64,000 nucleotides of DNA from the NCBI GenBank assembly GCA_002269645.1, contig NIVC01000307.1:248001-312000 (forward strand), read 5' to 3'. Below the pieces are notes generated by a model, which was given only the letters and a program-made list of their open reading frames with translations, made no database searches and was not told where the DNA came from. The DNA is from Macrostomum lignano (taxonomy: Eukaryota). Each line of letters begins with the position of its first letter. Position 1 is the stretch's first letter. Both the position numbers and the translations under genes were made by a program. Of this stretch, positions 14,301 to 26,400 are shown piece after piece.

Positions 14301-17212
14301 CACCTACGATCCTTGCAACTCTGAAAAATCAAACCCAATACCTCTCTGATTACTGTTAATCATAAGCATAACTATTGAACTAATCCCCAGGTGCTAGCTT
14401 TAGCAGTGGAATGTGGCGACAAGAGTCGTCTAATTGGTCACGGAGCGCCGGACCTGCAGCATCCCGGATCCAGCTTCCGGCCGCCTCATCAACAGCAGCA
14501 AGATCAGCAGCAGCAGCAGCACTATCGCAGTCACAGACGCGCCACAATAGAGGAGGCTATCGCTGCTCTGCAACGCCAGCCATTCAACCTGGAAGCCGCC
14601 GCCACAGCGTGCCTCGAAGCGGCGCAGCCGGCCACTCAGGCCAACCATCCTCATGCTCAAGAGCTGGCCGCCAGCTCAGCTGCTCTTGCCAGGCGTTTGC
14701 TAGCCATGAGCAATGCTCCGGCTGGCGAGCTGGAGTCAGCCAGAGCCCGACTGTTGGACCAGATGACTGAACTGTCCAGCCTGCTGGGTCCGGACGGTGT
14801 CCGGGCAGCCTGCGACGCTTTTTTAGACCCGATGGGACCGATTAAACGGCTGGTTGACTGTGCAGAGCGGGGAGAAACTGATGCCTTCTACTCTGCAGCC
14901 GATTCTGTTAGGAAACAGGTGAGAAGGGTTGTGGTGTAGATATTGCTAGTAGGGAATTGCTAGTAGGGAATTGCTAGTAGGGAATCAACCCTAGGGAATT
15001 GCTAGTAGGGAATCGACCCTAAGGAATCGCCACTTAGGAATCGCCCTAAAGTGGTCTTAGTAATCGCCTCAGTACTTTTCGCAGAAATCGACTTCAAAAA
15101 TCGCACAAAAAATCGTTTGTAAGAATCTCTCTCAATAATTGCCCTAAGAATCGCCCTCAAGAATCGCCCTAAGTATCGCCGCCAGAATCGCCCTCAAGAA
15201 TCGCCCCAAGAATCGCCCCCAAGAATTGCCCCAAAGAATCGCCCAAGAATCACCCAAAGAATCGCCCTCAAGAATCGCCCCGAGAATCGCCCTCCAGAAT
15301 CGCCCCGAGAATCACCCTCAAGAATCGCTCGCCCCGAGAATCGCTCGCCCCGAGAATCGCCCCAAGAATCGCCCTGAGAATCGCCCCGAGAATCGTCCCA
15401 AGAATCGCCCCGAGAATCGCCCCGAGAATCGCCCCGAGAATCGCCCCGAGAATCGCCCCAAGAATCGCCCCCAAGAATTGCCCCAAAGAATCGCCCAAGA
15501 ATCTCCCAAAGAATCGCCCTCAAGAATCGCCCCGAGAATCGCCCTCCAGAATCGCCCCGAGAATCACCCTCAAGAATCGCTCGCCCCGAGAATCGCTCGC
15601 CCCGAGAATCGCCCCAAGAATCGCCCTGAGAATCGCCCCGAGAATCGTCCCAAGAATCGCCCCGAGAATCGCCCCGAGAATCGCCCCGAGAATCGCCCCG
15701 AGAATCGCCCCAAGAATCGCCCCAAGAATTGCCCCAAAGAATCGCCCAAGAATCACCCAAAGAATCGCCCTCAAGAATCGCCCCGAGAATCGCCCTCCAG
15801 AATCGCCCCGAGAATCACCCTCAAGAATCGCTCGCCCCGAGAATCGCCCCGAGAATCGCCCCAAGAATCGCCCCGAGAATCGCCCCGAGAATCGCCCCGA
15901 GAATCGCCCCGAGAATCGCCCCAAGAATCGCCCCGAGAATCGCCCCAAGAATCGCCCCGAGAATCGCCCCAAGAATCGCCCCGAGAATCACCCTAACAAG
16001 CAGCAGCAGCAGCCCTATATATAAAAATCGTCCCCGCCGCCAATTCCAGGCCGGCCAACTGTCCGAAGCCGCCGAGCTGGTCGCTCTCAAGCCGCCCGGC
16101 CACCTGTCCGCGGCCGACAGCGCCCGCGAGCGCGGCACCCGCCAATCGGCCGTCCGCTCCGTCACCGACCAGCTGAACCGTCTGGCGCCGCAGCTCGCCA
16201 ACGCTGGCCGCGCCCGCCTGCTGGTGCACTCGGGCGGCTCCCCCGGCCCGGCCGCTAGCGGCGTGGCTGACCATCTGCGCCAACTGCAGGACGCCTGGCG
16301 GGAGGCTGTCGATCGGTTGCGCAATCGGTTGGATCGCCTGGCCGACCTGCCGGCCTGTCTGCGCCAACTGCTGGCCGACGTGACCGCCGACTCTGAAGCG
16401 GCCGCGGCCGCGCTGCAAGCGTCGAAGTCAGGTTAGTGAGCTCGGGAGAATCATAATTCTGCTTTTCTGGTTTTGGTTCTGGGTATGCTTTAATTCTTAA
16501 TGGTCATATTTTTTGGTCATAGAAAAATCGTTTTTTGGCTATACTGTGTTCATATTTATTTTCATAGCATGGTCATATGTCTGGTCATACCGGTATGTCT
16601 GGTCATAGGATGGTCATATGTCTGGTCATACCGGTATTTCTGGTCATAGGATGGTCATATGTCTGGTCATAGGATGGTCATATGTCTGGTTATAGGATGG
16701 CCATATGTCTGGTCATAGGATGGTCATATTTCTGGTCAAAGGATGGTCATAGGATGGTCATATGTCTGTTCATAGGATGGTCATATTTCTGGTCATAGGA
16801 TGGTCATAGGATGGTCATATGTCTGTCCACAGAATGATCGGATGAAGCTATCATAAGGTTCATAAAAGGTCATAAAAGGACCATCCAACTCGCAGCTGTT
16901 GATTTCTTCTCCTCAGCTGCCGGCGCCCGCAGCCCCAGCCAGCAGCAGTTTGTCGCCGCCACCTCCGCGGCCGCCCGACGCGCCAACCGGGCCGTCCAGC
17001 TGCTGCAGGCCGACGCCGAGAACTGCTTGGACTCGGCGGCCAAGGCCGACCTGGTCAGGCAAGCCGCACAGCTGAGGGACGCCATCGGCGCCATGGTGAC
17101 CGCGGCTAAAGCGGCCGCCTCCGACCCTGCGGCTCGGGGCCCGGCTTGGCGCGATGCCAACCAGCAGATCCTTGACCTGCTGGGCGACCTGCTGCTCACC
17201 AGATACAGTGAG

Positions 17213-17251
<39 letters not shown>

Positions 17252-17260
17252 GTGTTTTCC

Positions 17261-17325
<65 letters not shown>

Positions 17326-17432
17326 TATTGTCTGTCTGTCTGTCTGCCTGTCTGTCTGTCTGTCTGTCTGGCTGTCTGTCTGTCTGTCTGTCTTAGTGTC
17401 TGTCTGTCTGTCTGCCTGTCTGTCTGTCTGCC

Positions 17433-17483
<51 letters not shown>

Positions 17484-20400
17484 ACATCATCACAGTCCCC
17501 GCCCTCTCCGCAGAGCCCAGCGAGCGCAGGTTCAGCTCGAGTTCCAGCGAGGCGCCAAGCAGCGCGATGTCGCCGCAGCTCCGCCAGCCGCAGCCGCAGT
17601 GGAGCAGCTCAGGCGGCAGCAAGAGTCCTTCACGGTCTCTCGGCTTTGATCCGCCACAGCAGCAACCGCAGCCGCAGCCGCCGCCGCCGCCTCCGAAGCC
17701 GCAGCCGCAGCCGCCGCCGCCGCCTCCGAAGCCGCAGCCGCAGCAGAAGTCGCCGACAAGACGCGTGTCGAACCCGACCGGCGAGACCGACGACTTGGAC
17801 GCCGATGACTATGCGCAGATTGATCGGGTTGAGCACCGGCTGCCGCCGCCCTCGTCGACTCCGGCGACCCTCACCGCCCCCGGTCAGCAGCAGCAACAGA
17901 GGCCGCCAGCCTCTGCTCAGAAGCCGCAGCAGTCCGTGTCTTTCGGCCTCGTTCCAACTGAGCAGCTAAATGAGCGACTGTTCGATCAGATTGAACAGTC
18001 CCAGGCGTCTCAGCCGATTCTGGTGAGCGGATTAACCACACCACTGACAGCCGATGTTTGAATCAAAATTCTGAATCCCAGAATCCTGATCCAAATCCCA
18101 GAATCCTGATCCTAAATCCCAGATTCCTGATTCCCAATCCCAGATTCCTGATCCCAAATCCCATATTCCTGATTCCCAATCCCAGATTCCTGATCCCAAA
18201 TCCCATATTCCTGATTCCCAATCCCAGATTCTTGATCCCAAATCCCATATTCCTGATTCCCAATCCCAGATTCCTGATCCCAAATCCCATATTCCTGATT
18301 CCCAATCCCAGATTCCTGATCCCAAATCCCATATTCCTGATTCCCAATCCCAGATTCCTGATCCCAAATCCCATATTCCTGATTCCCAATCCCAGATTCT
18401 TGATCCCAAATCCCATATTCCTGATTCCCAATCCCAGAATCCTGATCCCAAATCCCAGATTCCTGATTCCCAATCCCATATTCCTGATCCCAAATCCCAG
18501 ATTCCTGATTCCCAATCCCAGAATCCTGATCCCAAATCCCAGATTCCTGATTCCCAATCCCATATTCCTGATTCCCAATCCCAGATTCCTGATCCCAAAT
18601 CCTAGAATCCCTATCCCAGAATCCCAGAATCCTGATCCCAAATCTCAGAATCCCTATCCCAAATCCCAGAATTTCAATCCCAAATCCTAAATCCCAGAAT
18701 CCTGATCCCAAATCCTAGAATCGCTATCTCAGAATCCCTATCCCAAATCCCAGAATCCATATCTCAAATCCCAAAATATCACGAATATTCCGCAATATCC
18801 CGAAATACTATGAATGATTAGTTAATACATTAATAAATTTTCATTTTGCATACAGAACAATCTTAACAAAAACTAATTGTTTTTCAGGAAGCAGCCCGCT
18901 CCCTACACCAGCAAGTCACCCAGTACTCGTCCGAGGACAATGAAATTATTGCGGCTGCCGAGAAAATCTCTCTATTGTTTGCCAGGCTCAACCAGATTAT
19001 GAAGTGAGAGTTGCCTCAACTGCTGGTTCTTTTGTTATTTGATTTTTTATCCAAGAAAAGTTAATAGGGTTGAGAGAGAGAGAGTAGGGTACAGGGGATT
19101 AGAGAGGGTAAAGAGGGATGCAGAAAGAGTAAATTAGACGGTAGAGAGGGAGAAGAGGGTAAGAGGACAGGCTAGAGATTGTGGATGAGAGTGTAGAGAG
19201 ACAGGAGAGGGTAGAGATAGGAGAGAGTAGAGATAGAAGAGAGTAGAGATAGGAGAGAGTAGAGGTAGGAGAGAGTAGAGATAGGAGAGAGTAGAGGTAG
19301 GAGAGAGTAGAGATAGGAGAGAGTAGAGGTAGGAGAGAGTAGAGATAGGAGAGAGTAGAGATAGGAGAGAGTAGAGATAGGAGAGAGTAGAGAGTAGAGG
19401 TAGGAGAGAGTAGAGATAGGAGAGAGTAGAGGTAGGAGAGAGTAGAGATAGGAGAGAGTAGAGAGATAGGAGAGAGTAGAGAGATAGGAGAGAGTAGAGA
19501 TAGGAGAGAGTAGAGATAGGAGAGAGTAGAGGTAGGAGAGAGTAGAGATAGGAGAGAGTAGAGATAGGAGAGAGTAGAGATAGGAGAGAGTAGAGAGATA
19601 GGAGAGAGTAGAGAGATAGGAGAGAGTAGAGATAGGAGAGAGTGGAGAGAGTAGAGGTAGGAGAGAGTAGAGATAGGAGAGAGTAGAGGTAGGAGAAAGT
19701 AGAGATAGGAGAGAGTAGAGAGAAAGGAGAGAGTAGAGAGATAGGAGAGAGTAGAGAGATAGGAGAGAGTAGAGATAGGAGAGAGTAGAGAGATAGGAGA
19801 GAGTAGAGAGATAGGAGAGAGTAGAGAGATAGGAGAGAGTAAATAGATAGGAGAGAGTAGAGAGATAGGAGAGAGTAGAGATAGGAGAGAGTAGAGAAAG
19901 GAGAGAGTAGAGATAGGAGAGAGTAGAGATAGGAGAGAGTAGAGATAGGAGAGAGTAGAGGTAGGAGAGAGTAGAGATAGGAGAGAGTAGAGGTAGGAGA
20001 GAGTAGAGATAGGAGAGAGTAGAGGTAGGAGAGAGTAGAGATAGGAGAGAGTAGTGGTAGGAGAGAGTAGAGATAGGAGAGAGTAGAGAGATAGGAGAAG
20101 GTAGAGATAGGAGAGAGTCGAGAAAGGAGAGAGTAGAGATAGGAGAGAGTAGAGATAGGAGAGAGTAGAGGTAGGAGAGAGTAGAGATAGGAGAGAGTAG
20201 AGATAGGAGAGAGTAGAGAGATAGAAGAGAGTAGAGATAGGAGAGAGTAGAGAGATAGGAGAGAGTAGCAAGGTGGATAAGAGGATAGAGAGGTAGGAAA
20301 GGGTAGAGAGGGTGGATGAGAGGGTAGAGAAGGTTGATCAGAGGGTAGAGGGATAGGAGAGGGTAAAGAAGGTTGATCAGAGGGTAGAGAGAAAGAAGAG

Positions 20401-23400
20401 GGTAAAGAAGGTTGATCAGAGGGTAGAGAGAAAGAAGAGGGTAAAGAAGGTTGATCAGAGGGTAGAGAGAAAGAAGAGGGTAAAGAAGGTTGATCAGAGG
20501 GTAGAGGGATAGGAGAGGGTAAAGAAGGTTGATCAGAGGGTAGAGAGATAGGACAGGGTAGAGAAGGTTGATCAGAGGGTAGAGAATAGGGTAGAGTAGG
20601 GTACACAGATAGTTTAGCGGACAGAGCCAAGATTCATTACTATCATTCACAATATTTAAACAAAAATGTAACTCCATTTTTTCTCAAGCGAAAAAGACAG
20701 CTCAAAGAAGGACCTGTTGGACACGGCCAAAGCCATTGTTGAGGCCTCGCAAAATGTCACTCGAATTGGCAACAGTTTGGCATCTCGATGCACAGATCTG
20801 TCAATTCAAGGCGTGAGTAGTTTTAGACTCTATTTATTATAACAAATCTAAGTTCAATAAGGGTTGAGCACAATATTCTTCTTTTTTCAGTCTCTACTTC
20901 GATCTTGTCAGAAGATACCCACCATTGGCACACAGTTGAAGATATTGACTGCTGTTAAAGCTACCACCATGCTGGGAGGTGAGCTCACAAATTGCTTTCT
21001 ATTATCTATTTTGCCTTTGCGTTTTTTTAACTTTTAACTCATTAGATTTTCCTAGAATTTTAATCCCATGCTTAAATCAATTTTTAGGGCAATTGAAATT
21101 TTATATTTATAATTTCCAATATCTAACCTCTGAATTCATCAAATTTCAAACTCACCTTCAGCTTTGAATTTCCCGCACCTGCGAATTCCCCTCTGAATTG
21201 GCCACAGAATTCCCATAGCTCCGAATTCCCCACAGCTCCAAATTCCCCACAGCTCCGAATTCCCCGCTGAATTCCCCACCGAATTCCCCACAGCTCCAAA
21301 TTACCCACAGCTCCGAATTCCCCACAGCTCCAAATTCCCCACAGCTCCGAATTCCCCACAGCTCCAAATTCCCCACAGCTCCGAATTCCCCACAGCTCCG
21401 GATTTCCCACAGCTCCGAATTCCCCACAGCTCCAAATTCCCCACAGCTCCGAATTCCCCACAGCTCCAAATTCCCCACAGCTCCGAATTCCCCACAGCTC
21501 CGGATTTCCCACAGCTCCGGATTCCCCACAGCTCCCAATTCCCCACAGCTCCGAATTCCCCACAGCTCCGAATTCCCCACAGCTCCGAATTCCCCACAGA
21601 TCCGAATTCCCCACAGCTCAGAATTCCCCCAGCTCCGAATTCCCCACAGCTCCGAATTCCCCTCAGCTCAGAATTCCCCACAGATCCGAATTCCCCAAGC
21701 TCCGAATTCCCCCAGCTCCGAATTCCCCACAGCTCAGAATTCCCCTCAGCTCCGAATTCTATCCCAATCCCCACAAAGCAATTACTATATAGCGGTCTGA
21801 ATCTGCAATTAGTTTTAAATTTCAACTCATAAAACGACAACTCATTCGATAAAGAGGCTGAACGGCAGCAGTTGATGAAGAATCAGCTGCTCAAATCAGA
21901 GAAGGACTCTGAAGGTAATTTTCACCTAATTGAGCAATTATTTAATTATTAATAACTGCATCGCATGTTGACCTTGAGATGATTGGCATGGTTTGAAAAA
22001 ATGTAACACAAATTGCTTCTGTTTACTTGCTAGCATTTCTACTTGCAGTAGGCTTGACAGGTTTCTGAACAATAAAATTCAGAAAAAAACGCAAATCTGT
22101 CTGATCGGGTTTCCGCTTTTCTGTTTTGTTGAGGACTTTTTTATCATTGTTATTTTAAATTAAATTGGACAGGCCAACATGTTGCAATAAAAAACTCAGA
22201 ATGATTTTGTATTACTAATGCTAAAATGCATGCGACAATTTTTAATAAACAATATTGCACCATTTTAACAAAATTGAATTTCACTGTTCAAGTGTACTTT
22301 TTCTAGGGGTTTTTTCAATACCTTGTTGCTTGCCCGCTGGTGGCAAATAAATCTGATTGATTTTAGTTGCGTGCCATTTTGAAATGAAAATTTTTATCAC
22401 TTTTTAATAGCATGAAAAAGTGCATTCGGTATTGTTTATAGTGGGTTTTTACACCTTTGGAATTAAAGTATTCTATGATCTTATTTAAAGCCGGTTCAAT
22501 ATTGTAACCGTTCCAAACTTTATCTAAAAAATTATACTATAATGACTAAACCATCTGCTCAGAGTGAAACTAAATATGGCTCTTAAACAAATCTTTAAAA
22601 AGTCCACAAACTGACCAAATAATCGTTCCTAAACTAATCTAAAATCGTTTCATAAACTGACCTAAAATTCGTCCTAAAACTGACCTAGGAATCGTCCCTA
22701 AGCTGACCTAATAATCGTCCCTAAACTGATATAAGAATCGTCCCTAAACTGACCTAAGAATCGTCCCTTAACTGACCTAAGAATCGTACTTAAGTTGACC
22801 TAAGAATCGTACTTAAGCTGACCTAAGAATCGTCCCTAAGCTGACCTAAGAATCGTCCCTAAGCTGACCTAAGAATCGTCCCTTAACTGACCCCTAAGAA
22901 TAGTACATAAGTTTACCTAAGAATCGTCCCTTAGCTGACCCAAGAATCGTCCCTTAACTGACCTAAGAATAGTACATAAGTTTACCTAAGAATCGTCTCT
23001 AAGTTGACCTAAGAATCGTACCTAAACTGACCTAAGAATCGTACTTAACTGACCTAAGAATCGTACTTAAGTTGACCTAAGAATCGTCCCTAAGCTGACC
23101 TAAGAATCGTCCCTTAGCTGACCTAAGAATCGTACCTAAACTGACCTAAGAATCGTACATAAGTTTACCTAAGAATCGTCCCTTAGCTGACCTAAGAATC
23201 GTACCTAAACTGACCTAAGAATAGTACATAAGTTTACCTAAGAATCGTTTCTAAGTTGACCTAAGAATCGTACCTAAACTGACCTAAGAATCGTACATAA
23301 GTTGACCTAAGAATCGTCCCTAAGCTGACCTAAGAATCGTCTCTAAGTTGACCTAAGAATCGTACCTAAACTGACCTAAGAATCGTCCCTTAACTGACCT

Positions 23401-26400
23401 AAGAATCGTACATAAGTTGACCTAAGAATCGTACCTAAACTGACCTAAGAATCGTACATAAGTTGACCTAAGAATCGTACCTAAACTGACCTAAGAATCG
23501 TACATAAGTTGACCTAAGAATCGTACCTAAACTGACCTAAGAATCGTCTCTAAGTTTACCTAAGAATCGTACCTAAACTGACCTAATAATCGTACATAAG
23601 TTGACCTAAGAATCGTCCCTAAGCTGACCTAAGAATCGTACCTAAACTGACCTAAGAATCGTTCCTTAACTGACCTAAGAATCGTCCCTTAACTGACCTA
23701 AGAATCGTCCCTAAGTTGACCTAAGAATCGTCCCTTAACTGACCTAAGAATCGTACCTAAGATGACCTAAAATCGTTTCCTAAACGGACCTTCAAATTGT
23801 CCCTAAGCATATCTAAATTTTTCTTAAAACGACCTTAAATCGTCCCTAAACAGACCCAAGAGTCTTCCCTAAAATTATCCTCAATAACTTCTCTATAAAC
23901 TGACCTGTGAGTCTCAAACCGATATCTTCGAAAATTGCAGCCGTAAGCCTACTTATCTGGTTTTTCTTTGTTGATTATTTTATTAACCATGCGATAGGCA
24001 TCCAGTTTTGTATCCCGTGAGCTGATACTTGTGTATAAAATTTTCCCTCTATCTACCTGTCGACTGCACAACGGCGCAGCCAAGCCAAAAAGCTGCGGTG
24101 TTGCGTCCTGCATTCCGCTGAGAATTGGCAAAGAATACAGTGAGACTCTCGCATTTGCCTAGATTGGCCCCATTATCACCACCCCCATGCCTTGCCTAAT
24201 TTAGGTCTTAGTTCTTTGCGTTTTCTTTCTTATTATTTTACAATCCCTTAGGCGCTTGTCAAACATCACCGTTTAATTTGTTTAGGAATATATCGATGTT
24301 TGTAGCGACTTTTATTGTTGTGCCACTTCATCTTTTTCTCGTTTTATACGTGCATATTTTAGGTTAATTTTTTTACTCTTTGAACCCGCGCAGCGGCTAT
24401 AATATATGTGGTGAAAGCTTCTATCTTAATTGTACTCGTAGGCCGTAACACAGAGCACCTACCACTCCACCGGCATTCCTGTACATGTAGAGACAACGGC
24501 ACCCGTCACCCCAGAATGTACACACTGGCATAGATAGACCGGCAACTGCCACCCCAAAATGTACAAACTATCATAGATAGACCGGCACCTGGCCACCCCA
24601 AAATGTACACACTGGCATATATAGACCGGCACCTGGCCACCCCAAAATGTACACGCTGGCATAGACAAACCGGCACCCACCCGCCACCCCAAAATGTACA
24701 CACTGGCATAGACAAACCGGCACCCACCCGCCACCCCAAAATGTACACACTGGCATAGACAAACCGGCACCCACCCGCCACCCCAAAATGTACACACTGG
24801 CATAGACAAACCGGCACCCACCCGCCACCCCAAAATGTACACACTGGTATAGACAAACCGGCACCCACCCGCCACCCTAAAATGTAAAAACTAGCATGGA
24901 TCGACCGGCACCCGCCAGCAAAAGCAATAGATAGCTGTTATTACTTATAGAGTATCTTATCTCTTACACTTTAATTTTTATCAAACGTCTCCCATTGTGG
25001 CACATACCCCTATTTTTAATGCAAATTTTTGGTAACTGGCCTTACAAAAGTCTAAAGGGCAAAGAATTCTTGTTAAAAATTGTTTTCTTTTACCAGCAAA
25101 TGATCCGCCAGCTTCATATAGTGAGTCTCCTATTCGGATAAAAGATTATTTATTAATAGATGCATCATCTAATTCGCTCAACTTTGCTTTCAATTGCGTA
25201 TTATTTCAGTCAGTATTCACAGCATAACCAGACAGCACACTATTTATGTGCACTCAAGGATGAAAATATTTTTGTTTATAAATGTGTCAATATGTTAGAC
25301 ATTTTTATTTTGAACCGTCATGCACAAGTGAGCCATTGCACAGTTAACAATCTGATCATAATAATTAAAGCTAATATTGAGACTGCTTTTGCAGCATTGC
25401 TTCTTGTTTGTAGGAAATTCAGAACTTTACCAAATATTTGCTATGGCCCAAACTAGTTTCAGAAAGTGTATTTTAGTGCCTAAATTAGTGTCAGAATTGT
25501 ATTTTAGTTAGCTAAATTAGTGTCAGAAGTGTATTTAAAAGGCTAAATAAGTGTCAGAAGTGTATTTTAGGTAGCTAAATTAGTGTCAGAAGTGTATTTG
25601 AGAGGCTAAATTAGTGTCAGAAGTGTATTTGAGAGGCTAAATTAGTGTCAGAAGTGTATTTGAGAGGCTAAATTAGTGTCAGAAGTGTATTTGAGAGGCT
25701 AAATTAGTGTCAGAAGTGTATTTAGGAGGCTAAATTAGTGTCAGAAGTGTATTTGAGAGGCTAAATTAGTTTCAGAAGTGTATTTGTGAGGCTAAATTAG
25801 TGTCAGAAGTGTATTTGTGAGGCTAAATTAGTGTCAGAAGTGTAATTAGGAGGCTAAGTTAGTGTCAGAAGTGTATTTAGGAGGCTAAATTAGTGTCAGA
25901 AGTGTATTTAGGAGGCTAAATTAGTGTCAGAAGTGTATTTGAGAGGCTAAATTAGTGTCAGAAGTGTGTTTAGGAGGCTAAATTAGTGTCAGAAGTGTAT
26001 TTTAGGTAGCTAAATTAGTGTCAGAAGTGTATTTAGGAGGCTAAATTAGTGTCAGAAGTGTATTTGAAAGGCTAGATTAGTGTCAGAAGTGTATTTGTGA
26101 GGCTAAATTAGTGTCAGAAGTGTAATTAGGAGGCTAAATTAGTGTCAGAAGTGTATTTAGGAGGCTAAATTAGTGTCAGAAGTGTATTTTAGGTAGCTAA
26201 ATTAGTGTCAGAAGTGTATTTAGATGGCTAAATTAGTGTCAGAAGTGTATTTAGGAGGCTAAATTAGTGTCAGAAGTGTATTTGAGAGGCTAAATTAGTG
26301 TCAGAAGTGTATTTGAGAGGCTAAATTAGTGTCAGAAGTGTATTTGAGAGGCTAAATTAGTGTCAGAAGTGTATTTAGGAGGCTAAATTAGTGTCAGAAG

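Noticed and set aside
15194-21840. Repetitive ORFs (RIAP/GAIL, LIPNPRF, LLSPISTLSY, GNSELWG)
   Set aside because: Coincide exactly with intronic satellites between phase-consistent vinculin exons.
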